In this document: positions 20,090-29,185 of the stretch, in pieces | Numbering within the stretch: position 1 is the first letter of the stretch | Layout of the letters: the number at the start of each line of letters is the position of its first letter | Sequence record: NZ_CP067423.1 | Direction: 5' to 3' (one strand) | Source of the DNA: a plasmid | Length of the DNA: 64,000 nucleotides | The notes under the pieces: generated by a model | Seen by the model: the letters and a program-made list of their open reading frames with translations, nothing else | Database searches by the model: none | What the model was told of the DNA's origin: nothing | Program-made: the position numbers and the translations under genes

Positions 20090-20314
20090 TCACCCTCCGC
20101 GAAGCTCGTTCTTCTTGAGCCAAGTCTCGATCGCTTCATTTGCGATCGCCGATGCCGTCGATTCGCGATCAACAGCAGCTTTTTTCAGATCCTTGATCAC
20201 GTCGCTGTCCAGATGAAGCAGCATTTGTCGCTTCTCTTTGATGATGGGCTTGCTAGTACGTGCCTTTATGCGACCCGTCATCCCGTTCACCGCGCTATGA
20301 TAGGAACCTATCAC
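20090..20314 (-). CDS. Ribbon-helix-helix (CopG/BrnA-antitoxin-like) protein, orphan
   Basis: KRQMLLHLDSDVIKDLKKAAVDRESTASAIANEAIETWL is an RHH beta-strand plus two helices. No cognate toxin gene is adjacent. It ends 44 bp upstream of the DUF499 gene. Confidence 0.5.
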   Translation of the reverse strand: MIGSYHSAVNGMTGRIKARTSKPIIKEKRQMLLHLDSDVIKDLKKAAVDRESTASAIANEAIETWLKKNELRGG

Positions 20315-20429
20315 CTCAGTCTAGAGTGACGGCCTATCTAAAACAATTGTCGAATTGCTCGGGACAGCCTTGCCAATCCGTTTTCACGCTGTGTTCCACC
20401 GAAATTCCCAGCAGCATGCCTGGTGATGA

Positions 20430-21254
20430 TCAGGCGCCGTGTCGAGGATGGCCGTTCACCGCGCAACTTACCGACACAAAGAATCCTCTCAATTGGGGCT
20501 TCTGTGCCGGGCGAGCCGTCATAAGTGTGGGCTGTTTGCCGTCGATCAGTAGGGCATGGTCGCCGGAGCGGAAGCGCAGCGCGCCGTTCAGGTTGGCAAG
20601 GCCGATGAATAGCGGCCGAAAACCGTGGCCGCGTTCCGCCTGGTGTTCGTACCGCGAGATGCCGTCGGTGAGCGTCAAGCGCAGCGCTTCGCCGTGATCA
20701 TTGAGCCTAGCATAGGCCGCGTTGCTGCGCAGGCTATTCAGAACTCCGATGCCGCGATCGGATGATATGAACTCAAATTTTCCCTTTGAGGCGCGGAACG
20801 CGACGATGCCGCTCTGCGGCTCTTGCGCATGCTCGTAGATGTTGCTGTGAAGCTCGCCCATGGCGGCAGTGAGCTGGGCGGCAATGGCCTTGGGAAATCC
20901 TTCCGCCGTTGCAGCTTGCTGGGCGGCTAGACCGAAGGTCGTCCATGCGTTGATGTCGTGCGGCGTGGCGGTGCTTAGGAAGCCCGCGCGCCGCGTTTGC
21001 GGGCAGACCCACTCTCGCGTGCCGTGCCTGATGGCGTCCAGCATCGGACCAAAAAGATTTGTGGTCAGCCAGAGGGCAACGTGCGGTGCGGGAAGTAAGC
21101 CGTCGTCGGCAAGGTTCGAGAGTTCGAAGAGCGGGCCGATCTCGGACGCGGTGAGCGCGGGAATGGCGGCCTCGTTCAAGCGGCCCCGCGCGGCCGCGAA
21201 GGCCAGCCCGTCGAGCATCCTGAAATCCAATATCGCGGGCTCGGTTTCCGTCAT
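20430..21254 (-). CDS. GHKL-family ATPase (HATPase_c; RsbW/SpoIIAB-like serine kinase/anti-sigma-type)
   Basis: The N-box ELHSNIYEHA (ExxxNxxxHA) and the G1 box SSDRGIGV (DxGxG) are present. 274 aa; last gene of a four-gene operon with 4-nt overlaps. Confidence 0.6.
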   Translation of the reverse strand: MTETEPAILDFRMLDGLAFAAARGRLNEAAIPALTASEIGPLFELSNLADDGLLPAPHVALWLTTNLFGPMLDAIRHGTREWVCPQTRRAGFLSTATPHDINAWTTFGLAAQQAATAEGFPKAIAAQLTAAMGELHSNIYEHAQEPQSGIVAFRASKGKFEFISSDRGIGVLNSLRSNAAYARLNDHGEALRLTLTDGISRYEHQAERGHGFRPLFIGLANLNGALRFRSGDHALLIDGKQPTLMTARPAQKPQLRGFFVSVSCAVNGHPRHGA

Positions 21255-22423
21255 CCGGCCATCGGCGCCGATTCAGCCGAACGTGAGGAGGCGATCAGAT
21301 CGCCAATCCACGCGTCGGTCGCCTGCCAGTTCGCTTCAAGCAGATGGTCGACATGGGCCCCCTGTGCTGTCGGCGCGCCTCGCCAGCCAAGGGCAGCGTT
21401 GCCCTTGGGATAGGCCTGCTGGCGCATCATCGTCTTCATGAACACTGACGTGTCGAGAACGGTGATCCCCGAAAATGCGCGGGCAATCACCGGCAGGACG
21501 TCGGTGCCTCCGCGTACGATGATGTGCAGCGGGCGGCCGACGGCCCGGGCCAATCCTGCCAGCCAAGCCGCGTGCTGCTCGCGCCGCCCGGACCAGCCGG
21601 TGCCCGTGGTGAACTCATAGGCGATATGGGTGACCTCAGGCCGGGCGGCGAGGAAGGCGATCCAGTGGGCAAAGTCTGCTTCAGTGCGCCCGTTGACATG
21701 GAGCGCGGCCGGCAGGCCCTCGCGCAAGAACTCTTCATGGACGATCGCGATGCGCTTCATCGCGTGCAAGTCGTCCCACCGCGGCCGGTCGATGAACAGG
21801 CTGTAGTTCGGCGTCGTCACCATGCCGACGCCGGCGGCGATGAGGGCTTGGATGATCGGCCGGCGGCCGGCTTCGCCGAGCCCCCACCAGCGCTCGAGCG
21901 GGCGGTCGATGTCAGTACCGGTCAGCATCACCGACGCCTGATGGCCAATGCCGAATGCCTCGCCGAGCGCGTCGCGGCTCACAAAGCGCGGTAGGCCGGT
22001 ACGCCGGTCGAACATACGGTAAAGCGGAAGCGCTACGGTCGCGGCAGTGGGCGGCATGCTGCGCGCGGTGGGGTGATAGATGACTGGGACAAGGCGGGGC
22101 AGGCCAACCGCATTGAGCAAAGGGGCGCGTGGCACGCTATAGAGGTTGAAGCCGCCGATTTCACGGTAGCGATCGGCGAAGTCAGGATGGTTGCGGCAGA
22201 CGCGGTCGCAACCTTCCGGATTGCCGCAGCAGAACTGCAGGCAGTCCATGAAGGGCGTGTTCAGCCGCAGCCCGCCGCAAATCTCCTTCTCCGGGCAGGT
22301 GGCGCAGCCGAGGGCTGCGCTCGCCACTTCGGGATCGTGCCAGAGGCGGCGCTCGCGACGCGGATTGCGCCGATGGCGGGGTGCCTGCGGCTTGACTTTA
22401 GCGGGATCGGAACGGGTCAGCAT
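21251..22423 (-). CDS. Cys-rich protein of unknown function (N-terminal Cys cluster, possible metal-binding)
   Basis: 390 aa. The N-terminus reads CATCPEKEICGG...DCLQFCCGNPEGCDRVC, with 9 Cys in about 45 residues. The remainder has no motif I can assign. The gene is overlap-coupled to both neighbours. Confidence 0.5.
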   Translation of the reverse strand: MLTRSDPAKVKPQAPRHRRNPRRERRLWHDPEVASAALGCATCPEKEICGGLRLNTPFMDCLQFCCGNPEGCDRVCRNHPDFADRYREIGGFNLYSVPRAPLLNAVGLPRLVPVIYHPTARSMPPTAATVALPLYRMFDRRTGLPRFVSRDALGEAFGIGHQASVMLTGTDIDRPLERWWGLGEAGRRPIIQALIAAGVGMVTTPNYSLFIDRPRWDDLHAMKRIAIVHEEFLREGLPAALHVNGRTEADFAHWIAFLAARPEVTHIAYEFTTGTGWSGRREQHAAWLAGLARAVGRPLHIIVRGGTDVLPVIARAFSGITVLDTSVFMKTMMRQQAYPKGNAALGWRGAPTAQGAHVDHLLEANWQATDAWIGDLIASSRSAESAPMAG

Positions 22424-22764
22424 AGTGAGATCTCCGCGACCCCTGCGATGGGATGAACATCCAGCACCGTGCCCTTGGCTATGCCGCAGGAGGCGGCCAC
22501 GGCCAGTACGAGTTCCGGCGCGGGATTGGTGAAGCGCGCGACATCGCTCATGCCTCGTCGGGCGATCAGCGTCCCGTTCTTGTTTTCGACGGTAAGCTGG
22601 TCCCCGGTGCTGAGCCTGGCGTTGCCGATGATGTCGGCTTCCGCCGTCCTTGCGGCGCTATCGGGGACGCGTGTGAACAGGTCGGCCGTCGCGAGCTTTA
22701 CCCGTGCGCGGTCCCACGCCTTCTTGAAGCTCGGCGCCGCCTTTTCGATGAATTCAGCCCCCAT
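22417..22764 (-). CDS. Hypothetical 115-aa protein (operon member)
   Basis: Intact ORF, translationally coupled between the STAS/wHTH gene and the Cys-rich gene. No recognisable motif. Confidence 0.4.
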   Translation of the reverse strand: MGAEFIEKAAPSFKKAWDRARVKLATADLFTRVPDSAARTAEADIIGNARLSTGDQLTVENKNGTLIARRGMSDVARFTNPAPELVLAVAASCGIAKGTVLDVHPIAGVAEISLC

Positions 22765-22769
22765 GGTCT

Positions 22770-23339
22770 CTACACTCCTTCAAACAGCGGCCGATAGCGC
22801 TTGGCGCGGCCCTGGCTCGTTTCGATGACGAGGCCAAGAGATGCGAGGGAAGCCAGCCGGTTATTCCAAGCCGTCGTGTGTTTTACCCCCTCGCTCTTGC
22901 CGTACTCGCGCATCAATGCGCCGGCGTCAGTCTCGCCGTGCTCGTGAACAAGGTCGAAAGTGAGCCTTTGCTTCGGATCAAGTTCACCGAGCGGGGCGGC
23001 CATTGTTACTGCGTCCGCCTCATCCAGCGCGCACAACATCAATACATCTCCGCGGGGCATCAGCAACTCCAGCAGCTCTTCACGCACTGTATCATTGGCA
23101 TTGGCGACCACCGGATAGAATTTCGAGCGTCGCCCCCTGACAATATCGCGGAAGGCAAGAACGCTCTCGCGCAGAAAGCTAGCCGTCGCGACCTCGATGC
23201 CGGTGAAATCGAGAAAGACCGGCTCCGGGTTTGCTGGTTCGGCGGCCGACGTATTCAAAAGCTCGTTCAGCGCCGACCTGCCGTTCAGCGCCCCGGCGAG
23301 GACGTCGCTGCCACCAATGGCCAGCATGTCGATCTTCAT
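22770..23339 (-). CDS. STAS-like (DUF4325-type) domain + C-terminal winged-HTH protein
   Basis: The N-terminal region (MKIDMLAIGGSDV...PVFLDFTGIEVATASFLRE) is consistent with a STAS-like/anti-sigma-antagonist fold of the kind found beside HATPase_c proteins. The C-terminus (HTTAWNNRLASLASLGLVIETSQGRAKRYRP) is a winged helix. The start is ambiguous: ATG at 23339, or upstream at 23390. Confidence 0.5.
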   Translation of the reverse strand: MKIDMLAIGGSDVLAGALNGRSALNELLNTSAAEPANPEPVFLDFTGIEVATASFLRESVLAFRDIVRGRRSKFYPVVANANDTVREELLELLMPRGDVLMLCALDEADAVTMAAPLGELDPKQRLTFDLVHEHGETDAGALMREYGKSEGVKHTTAWNNRLASLASLGLVIETSQGRAKRYRPLFEGV

Positions 23340-23649
23340 AGAATCACGTTCCTCACGTTGTTCACGTGAGATAGATAGTGAGTGCTGCATTCGGAGTCAA
23401 TGGTCCGGTGGAATGCTGCCTACCCGCGTGTTTTTGGGGGCAAGGTGTGAGCAGAAATTGCTATGGTCGCATCACTCGAGGATCGTCCGCCGCGACGACG
23501 AAGGCAATTTCAGGCGGCGACAGAGAAACCAAGTCAGGAACGGTTATTCGGCGAAGCAATCGCGGTGGACGTCGAGATTTATGACCGGAACGGGCGGCGA
23601 AAGGTTCATAGGTCGACGCCTAAAGGCACTTTGACAACTTGCTGCGTCG

Positions 23650-23862
23650 CTATTTTAGGCCCTTTATATCGACCGTTGCGACCGCCCGTCCATTTCGGCC
23701 AACCACTTTTACCTCGATCTCGCGATGCTCCGGTTCTTCGGCGATTTCTGACACGATCTGGCGTGCCATGGCGATCGCTCGAGCGTCGTCATCGTGGGGC
23801 TCACCTTTTCGGTCGGGATATTCCACGTCGTCGCTAAAGATGTGGAAATAGTAGCGGGGCAT
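23650..23862 (-). CDS. Small DUF6894-like protein
   Basis: The MPRYYFHIFSDDVEYPDRKGEPHDDDARAIAMARQ pattern is typical of a small rhizobial protein family. 70 aa. Confidence 0.45.
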   Translation of the reverse strand: MPRYYFHIFSDDVEYPDRKGEPHDDDARAIAMARQIVSEIAEEPEHREIEVKVVGRNGRAVATVDIKGLK

Positions 23863-24043
23863 TCATCCTCCTTCGCGGCACGCGGGGTCATCGAGCCATG
23901 CGCTCGCGTCGTTGAAATATTCGCTCGCGATGACGGTGCGCAGAAATTTTAACCGGTCACGGTAGCGGCCCGCCTTCGCGGGCCCAAGCACGCTCTCCAT
24001 GGATGTTAGAGCATCGGGATGTTGAAAGGACTTTCCTCCCGTG

Positions 24044-24670
24044 TCAGTCAACAGCGGGGTTGAACTTGAGAAACACGCGGTCATCCCATGACGAGATGTT
24101 CCAGCGATACGCTCCACCGAAGAGCCCGGGCGTTTCGTCGGCATTGGTCTCAATGACCGTGCCGGACACGGTCACATTCAGCGTTCCGTTGGGCACAATG
24201 GCGATCTGATCGAGCTCGGCGCGGGCCCGGTCCGGGATCTCCGGGGTACTGACTTCAATGGTTGCGTCGTCCATGCGCCGAATGCTCAAGAAATTGTCGG
24301 CTTGCGACTTCGCCCGCGTGTTGGGGACGCCGATTGCGGACCCGTTTGCATCCAACTCACCGGTGAGATTGACGATGAGATCGAAGCGCCCTTCCCCGGC
24401 GTAGGTGAAGCTCTCAAAGCCGGGCATTCGAGCCGCCTTGCGCTCTTCCGCCCGCATCCGGTCCTCTTCCTGTTCTGTGAGCACGTGGCCGTCGGCAAGC
24501 GCCTTAACGACACGGGGATCAGCGAGGCGGGTTTCGACACGCATGTCGTACTCGTACCCCTCGAGCACGATGGTGGCGTCGATGGTTTCCAGCACGAGGC
24601 AACCGGTCAGAAACACTCCAACCGCGATAGCCGCGGCGGCATTGCGGGCGAGCGAAAACAGCTTCGCCAT
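24044..24670 (-). CDS. Lipoprotein of unknown function downstream of trbI
   Basis: A signal peptide with lipobox (AVGVFLTGC) is present. The stop of trbI overlaps this gene's start. 208 aa. Confidence 0.5.
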   Translation of the reverse strand: MAKLFSLARNAAAAIAVGVFLTGCLVLETIDATIVLEGYEYDMRVETRLADPRVVKALADGHVLTEQEEDRMRAEERKAARMPGFESFTYAGEGRFDLIVNLTGELDANGSAIGVPNTRAKSQADNFLSIRRMDDATIEVSTPEIPDRARAELDQIAIVPNGTLNVTVSGTVIETNADETPGLFGGAYRWNISSWDDRVFLKFNPAVD

Positions 24671-25977
24671 CAGCGATAGGCTCCCGGGAAAATGATGTCC
24701 TGCTCCACAATTATGTTGAACCCATAGCCCGGGCGGATGGTGAGGGTCGGCTGGACATTGAGATTCCGGGAAATGGTTTGATCCGCTACCCGCCCGAAGC
24801 TTTCCGCGAAATTCCTTCGTGCCGCATCCGAGGCGGTGTCCTGCGTCGCAAGGGTCGAGCTTTCCGGCACGGCCATGTCGATGCCCGTCCCGATCAATGC
24901 GATGAGGATCGCCGAGCCAAAGGTCTGCAGGTATTTGTTGTCGACCTGGTCGCGGAAGCCGCCATAGCCTTGCGCGTCGACGCCGGCCATGCCACCGATC
25001 TGCAGTGTCGATCCATTCGGGAAAATGAGATCGGTCCAGATCACCAGCACGCGACTTTGCCCGAACGAGACATTGGAGTCGTACCGGCCGAAGAGCTTGG
25101 CCCCTTGTGGCACCAACAGCCGGTGGCCGGTCGCACTGTCATAGACGTTCTGGCTGACCTGGGCGGTGATACGGCCGGGAAGGTCGGAGTTGATGCCGGT
25201 CACGAGCGTTGCCGGGATCACCGAGCCGCGTTTGAGCTCAAAGGGCGACTGCTGCGGTACGACGCGGTTCGGCAGGTAGCCGAGATCGGCAATGTTCTGA
25301 TTGAAGAAGTCTGCCTTTCCGGCCTGATTGTTCGGATCGGCCTGTTGCCCGGCGCCGCCAGCGCGCAGCGCAGCCGCATAGAGATCGGCCATGCCGGCGC
25401 GATCGCCAAGCGCCCCCTGCCCCGTTGTCGATTGTGGCGTTCCCGTTTGTGCGGCTTGCCCTACGTTACCGATATCGATCGCGATTGGGCTGTCATAGGC
25501 GGCATCGTCGGCCTGGAGCCGGGCCATACGCTGCTGATGCAGCAAGCGAAACATCTGCTCGTCCTGTTCCCTTTGCAGCCGCTCTCGCCAGTCGGCTTCA
25601 CTTTCGACCGGCGTCGCCTGTTGCTGTTGCGGTGTTGTCGGCTGGCGCTGGAAAGGATTGGTGGATTGCGGCTCGTCTTCCGCCAGTTCGACCGGCTGCA
25701 CCACCTGGATCTGCTGCGCGGGGCGCGGCTCCTCGATCACGCCATCCGAAACGCCGCGCTTGAGCTGGTCGGCGAAATCGGTCGCCGGCGCGCCGGTCGA
25801 GGTATCGAGCGGGCCCCCACTCCGGTTGAGGCCGCGGATCGAGAGGCCCCAAATGATAACGCCGAAGAAAAGGACGACCAGGCCGATGAAGAGAAAGACC
25901 GGCAGCTTGTTCAAGCGCCGGATTTTGGGCTTCTCGTCGCCGCCTTCGGCGCCGGGAGAGAGATCGAGCGAACTCAT
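24670..25977 (-). CDS. trbI: Conjugal transfer protein TrbI (VirB10-like)
   Basis: Start at MSSLDLSPGAE. An N-terminal TM helix, a Pro/Gln-rich linker and a conserved VirB10 C-terminal domain (RVLVIWTDLIFPNGSTLQIGGMAGVD) are present. Confidence 0.85.
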   Translation of the reverse strand: MSSLDLSPGAEGGDEKPKIRRLNKLPVFLFIGLVVLFFGVIIWGLSIRGLNRSGGPLDTSTGAPATDFADQLKRGVSDGVIEEPRPAQQIQVVQPVELAEDEPQSTNPFQRQPTTPQQQQATPVESEADWRERLQREQDEQMFRLLHQQRMARLQADDAAYDSPIAIDIGNVGQAAQTGTPQSTTGQGALGDRAGMADLYAAALRAGGAGQQADPNNQAGKADFFNQNIADLGYLPNRVVPQQSPFELKRGSVIPATLVTGINSDLPGRITAQVSQNVYDSATGHRLLVPQGAKLFGRYDSNVSFGQSRVLVIWTDLIFPNGSTLQIGGMAGVDAQGYGGFRDQVDNKYLQTFGSAILIALIGTGIDMAVPESSTLATQDTASDAARRNFAESFGRVADQTISRNLNVQPTLTIRPGYGFNIIVEQDIIFPGAYR

Positions 25978-25987
25978 GGCTCCCCCC

Positions 25988-26449
25988 TCAGGTCGTACGC
26001 TGCATGACAGACAGCGGGCTTGTCGGTGTCGCGCCGGTCGCCGACATCGCATAGGAGCGGGTCAGCTCCACCGAAGGCGTCGAAATCCGGGTCATGACGG
26101 CGCCCTCGAACGTGTCGATGACATAGGCGAGCGGGATCATCGTGTCGCCGGAGGCCTCCTGGTTCGAAGCAACGGCATAGCCCCAGCCGCGCAGCGACTC
26201 TTCGAGCGCGAGGCCGAATGCGGAATCGTCGGGCTTGATGACGATCGTCCCGGTGCCCGGGCCAACATGCTCGGCGAGCTTGGAGACCATGTCGCCGGCG
26301 ACGGCCGCAGCCGCGGCCGGCGATAGATCGGCGGCATCGGCACTGACGGTCGGCGTGAAGTATCCTCCCCCCGTGGTGGTGCATCCGGTTGTTGCGCCGG
26401 TGAGAAGAACGAGTGCCAGAACACGGGAAAGTCGGTGGATGGCGCGCAT
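25988..26449 (-). CDS. trbH: Conjugal transfer lipoprotein TrbH
   Basis: 153 aa with a lipobox (LLTGATTGC), positioned between trbG and trbI. Confidence 0.7.
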   Translation of the reverse strand: MRAIHRLSRVLALVLLTGATTGCTTTGGGYFTPTVSADAADLSPAAAAAVAGDMVSKLAEHVGPGTGTIVIKPDDSAFGLALEESLRGWGYAVASNQEASGDTMIPLAYVIDTFEGAVMTRISTPSVELTRSYAMSATGATPTSPLSVMQRTT

Positions 26450-26451
26450 GA

Positions 26452-27291
26452 TCAGCCCCTCCTCGAAATGGTGATCTTCTGCTGGCGGGAGCCGACGCCG
26501 GAAAGCAGCACGGCGCGATCGAACACATAGTCCACGATCATCATCGTGCCGTTGAGCCGGTAATTGACGATACGGTTTTCGCCGCCCGAGACGACGAACA
26601 GCACCGGCGCATCGCCGCTCATCATCTGGCCGGGGAACTGAATGTAGGTCTTGGCGCCATCGGTGTAGACGCGGGTCGGGCGCCAGCGGGCCTGTCCGCT
26701 GATAGTGAAATTGAAGCTCAGGTTTTCGGCCGGGACGCCGGCGCCGGGAATGATGCTCGCCTCGACGCGCGCGTTGAGGGCATCGAACTTGGCCTGCACG
26801 TCCTCGGGATATTCGAAGGCAACGCGGGCCATGTAGTCGCGATGATGCGACCTGAGCCGGATGTGGTAGGTGCGCCGCGATGTCGTCACCACCATGGACG
26901 TCTCGAGCCCGGGTTCCGAAGGCTTGACGATCAGGTGGATTTTCTGGCCTTCGGCCGAGCCGGAGGTTGCCGGCTCGACCTTCCAGCGAACCGTGTCGCC
27001 CACCAGCACGTCACGCACGGCTTCTCCGGCCTGCAGCTCGATTTCGCAGAGCTGGAGGGGCGAGCAAACGACGGACGGCTGCGTTTGGCCGTAGAGGTAA
27101 ATGACCTTGCCGTCCGGCCCCCGCGTCATCACCGCGGCCGTGCCCTGCCACTGAGTGGAAAGTCCGGTTCCCCGCGCTTCGTTGCCGCTGAGGCCCTGCT
27201 GATCGGCCGCAACGGCGACATTGAGGGCGAACGTGCCCAGCAACAGGGTTGCCGCACACACGCCCGCGTGCATTTTCTTGAGGTTCAACAT
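26452..27291 (-). CDS. trbG: Conjugal transfer protein TrbG (VirB9-like)
   Basis: Start at [11 protein letters not shown], which has a signal peptide. The VirB9/CagX-like body includes [23 protein letters not shown]. The upstream part of ORF 26452..27927 is rejected. Confidence 0.85.
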   Translation of the reverse strand: MLNLKKMHAGVCAATLLLGTFALNVAVAADQQGLSGNEARGTGLSTQWQGTAAVMTRGPDGKVIYLYGQTQPSVVCSPLQLCEIELQAGEAVRDVLVGDTVRWKVEPATSGSAEGQKIHLIVKPSEPGLETSMVVTTSRRTYHIRLRSHHRDYMARVAFEYPEDVQAKFDALNARVEASIIPGAGVPAENLSFNFTISGQARWRPTRVYTDGAKTYIQFPGQMMSGDAPVLFVVSGGENRIVNYRLNGTMMIVDYVFDRAVLLSGVGSRQQKITISRRG

Positions 27292-27314
27292 TACTCTTAC
27301 TCCGCGAGCGTTTC

Positions 27315-27977
27315 TCAAAGCTGGGCTGTCCAATCGAAATCCTCGAGGTAGAGGCCGATCGGGTTCAGACGAATGACCGCCTCGTCCTGGGGCGGCGAAA
27401 GAGTCACGGTGGCGATGCCGCGAAAGCGGCGGGTGCGTAGTTCCTTGCCCGCGCGGTCGCGCTCGATCTCGCTCCAGTCGACCTGGTAGCTCTGGTTCGA
27501 GAGGGCGACGACGTTGTTGACCTCGATCGAGACCGTCATGGTGCGGGCGCGATCGAAAGGCGAATTGTTGCGGAACCAGTTGTTGACCTTCTCGGTCGCC
27601 GGGTCCTGCTGCTTCAGCATCGCGTAGGTGCGGTCGATATATCCCTTCTGCACGGTCGCATCCGGGGTGATCGACCGGAAGTTCGACACCCAGGCGCCGA
27701 GCATCGAGCGCACAACGCGCTCGTCGGCATATTCGATCTGCGCGGGGAAGCCGGCCAGGACAGCCGCGCCGAGCTTGTCGACCTCGACCACATAGGGAAC
27801 GAGCTTGACTTGTGTCGACTGATAGAGGGCATAGCCGAACCCGATCACCGCCATGCTCATCGAAAGCAGGCCGACGGTGCGCCAGGCCGAGGCCGCGCGC
27901 ATGTAGCTGCCGTAGCGCTCGTTCCACTCATAGCGGGCGGCCAGATACGGATTGTCGGGGTATTTTCGCTTCGCCAT
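27315..27977 (-). CDS. trbF: Conjugal transfer protein TrbF (VirB8-like)
   Basis: 220 aa with an N-terminal TM segment and a VirB8-like domain. Confidence 0.85.
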   Translation of the reverse strand: MAKRKYPDNPYLAARYEWNERYGSYMRAASAWRTVGLLSMSMAVIGFGYALYQSTQVKLVPYVVEVDKLGAAVLAGFPAQIEYADERVVRSMLGAWVSNFRSITPDATVQKGYIDRTYAMLKQQDPATEKVNNWFRNNSPFDRARTMTVSIEVNNVVALSNQSYQVDWSEIERDRAGKELRTRRFRGIATVTLSPPQDEAVIRLNPIGLYLEDFDWTAQL

Positions 27978-28006
27978 CTAGCCTCGCCTGATACGGCCGG
28001 CCGACC

Positions 28007-29182
28007 TCACGAGTCGGCGTCCATCTTTTTGTTTGAACTTCTGGAACTGGTGCCCGGATTGGTGCCTTGGCGCAGCTTGTCGTTGGCAAGGCCGAGGGTC
28101 GAACCCATCTTGGCGCCGGGGATGCCCATCAACTTGTCGGTCGCCGCGGAGCCGACCGCGCCACCCGCGGCTTTCAACCCGGCCATTGCAGCCGCGCCAC
28201 GCGATGCGCCGGCTTGCGATGCCGCCGAGGCGGCAGCCATCCCACCTTTGACGACGCCGGCGCCGCCGGCCGCCATGCCAGCACCGACCGCCGCGAACCC
28301 GGCAACCTGGACACCGCTGCGGATGGCTTCCATGCCGTTGCCGACGGAAACGCCCTGGACGACGCCCTGAATGATGTTCGGCACGTACATGGAGATCATG
28401 AAGACGACGACCGAAATGCCCGCGATCGTCAGGGTAGTGAGGAATTGATCGTCGGAAGCCGTATCGTTCGAAAGGCCGATTAGCACCTCGGAGCCGATGC
28501 GCGCGATCATCACGAGGCCCATCAGCTTCATGCCGACTGAGAAGGCGTAAACGAGGTAGCGGACTGCGAAATCCTTGGTAAAGGACGAGCCACCAAGGCC
28601 AAGCATGATCATGCCGGCGAGCAGACCGACATACATTTCGACCAGCACGGCCACGAAGATCGCCGCTACGAGGGCAAAGCTGATGACAACGACGATCATC
28701 GCGAAGACCGAGGCCATGGCGAGGGCATTGTCCTCCCAAAGGCCGAACCGGGCGTTTTCCGAGAGTTCGGATGCCACTTTGACGCCGGCATTGAAGACGT
28801 CGGCCGGCGAAGCCGAACCGCCATCCGCGCCGATCTGGAACAGGCTATCGACAACCGACTTGGCCAAGGCCGGACCCTGCTGCAGAACAAAGAGGAAGAA
28901 GCCGATGAAGAGAATTCTCCGCACAAGCTCTGCAAACCATGTGTCGAGCGATGGCGCCTGGATCGCGAGCCAGATCGCCGCGATACCCACTTCTATGCCG
29001 GCCAGTATCCAGAACAGCGAGGTTGCCGCATCGATGACGGTGTCCTGCCAGCCCTGCGATGCGCTGGCGACCTGGTTTTCGAGATCGGTCAGGATCGAAC
29101 CGTCCTGCGCAAAGGCCGGATCGACCATGGCAAGCCCGGCGATCATCAGCCCAGCCAATCTCAAAAGCATCGAAGCGCGCAT
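28007..29182 (-). CDS. trbL: Conjugal transfer protein TrbL (VirB6-like)
   Basis: Polytopic membrane protein with a Gly/Ala-rich C-terminus. 391 aa. Confidence 0.85.
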   Translation of the reverse strand: MRASMLLRLAGLMIAGLAMVDPAFAQDGSILTDLENQVASASQGWQDTVIDAATSLFWILAGIEVGIAAIWLAIQAPSLDTWFAELVRRILFIGFFLFVLQQGPALAKSVVDSLFQIGADGGSASPADVFNAGVKVASELSENARFGLWEDNALAMASVFAMIVVVISFALVAAIFVAVLVEMYVGLLAGMIMLGLGGSSFTKDFAVRYLVYAFSVGMKLMGLVMIARIGSEVLIGLSNDTASDDQFLTTLTIAGISVVVFMISMYVPNIIQGVVQGVSVGNGMEAIRSGVQVAGFAAVGAGMAAGGAGVVKGGMAAASAASQAGASRGAAAMAGLKAAGGAVGSAATDKLMGIPGAKMGSTLGLANDKLRQGTNPGTSSRSSNKKMDADS

Positions 29183-29185
29183 GAC

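Noticed and set aside
23339-23390. Tandem CACGTGAAC/AACGTGAGG/AACGTGATT repeats upstream of the STAS/wHTH gene as an operator
   Set aside because: If translation starts at 23390, these are simply repeated Arg-Glu codons (SREQREERD). The evidence cannot distinguish the two readings, so it is not called a regulatory site.
23863-24153. 96-aa minus-strand ORF between the DUF6894 gene and the lipoprotein gene
   Set aside because: It overlaps the 5' part of the lipoprotein gene by about 110 bp in another frame, and its N-terminal half looks non-protein-like. At most a ~45-aa C-terminal peptide (23863-24000) could be real.
24778-26007. 409-aa plus-strand ORF antisense to trbI
   Set aside because: TrbI/VirB10 homology is clear on the minus strand. 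The plus-strand frame is an Arg-rich antisense artefact.
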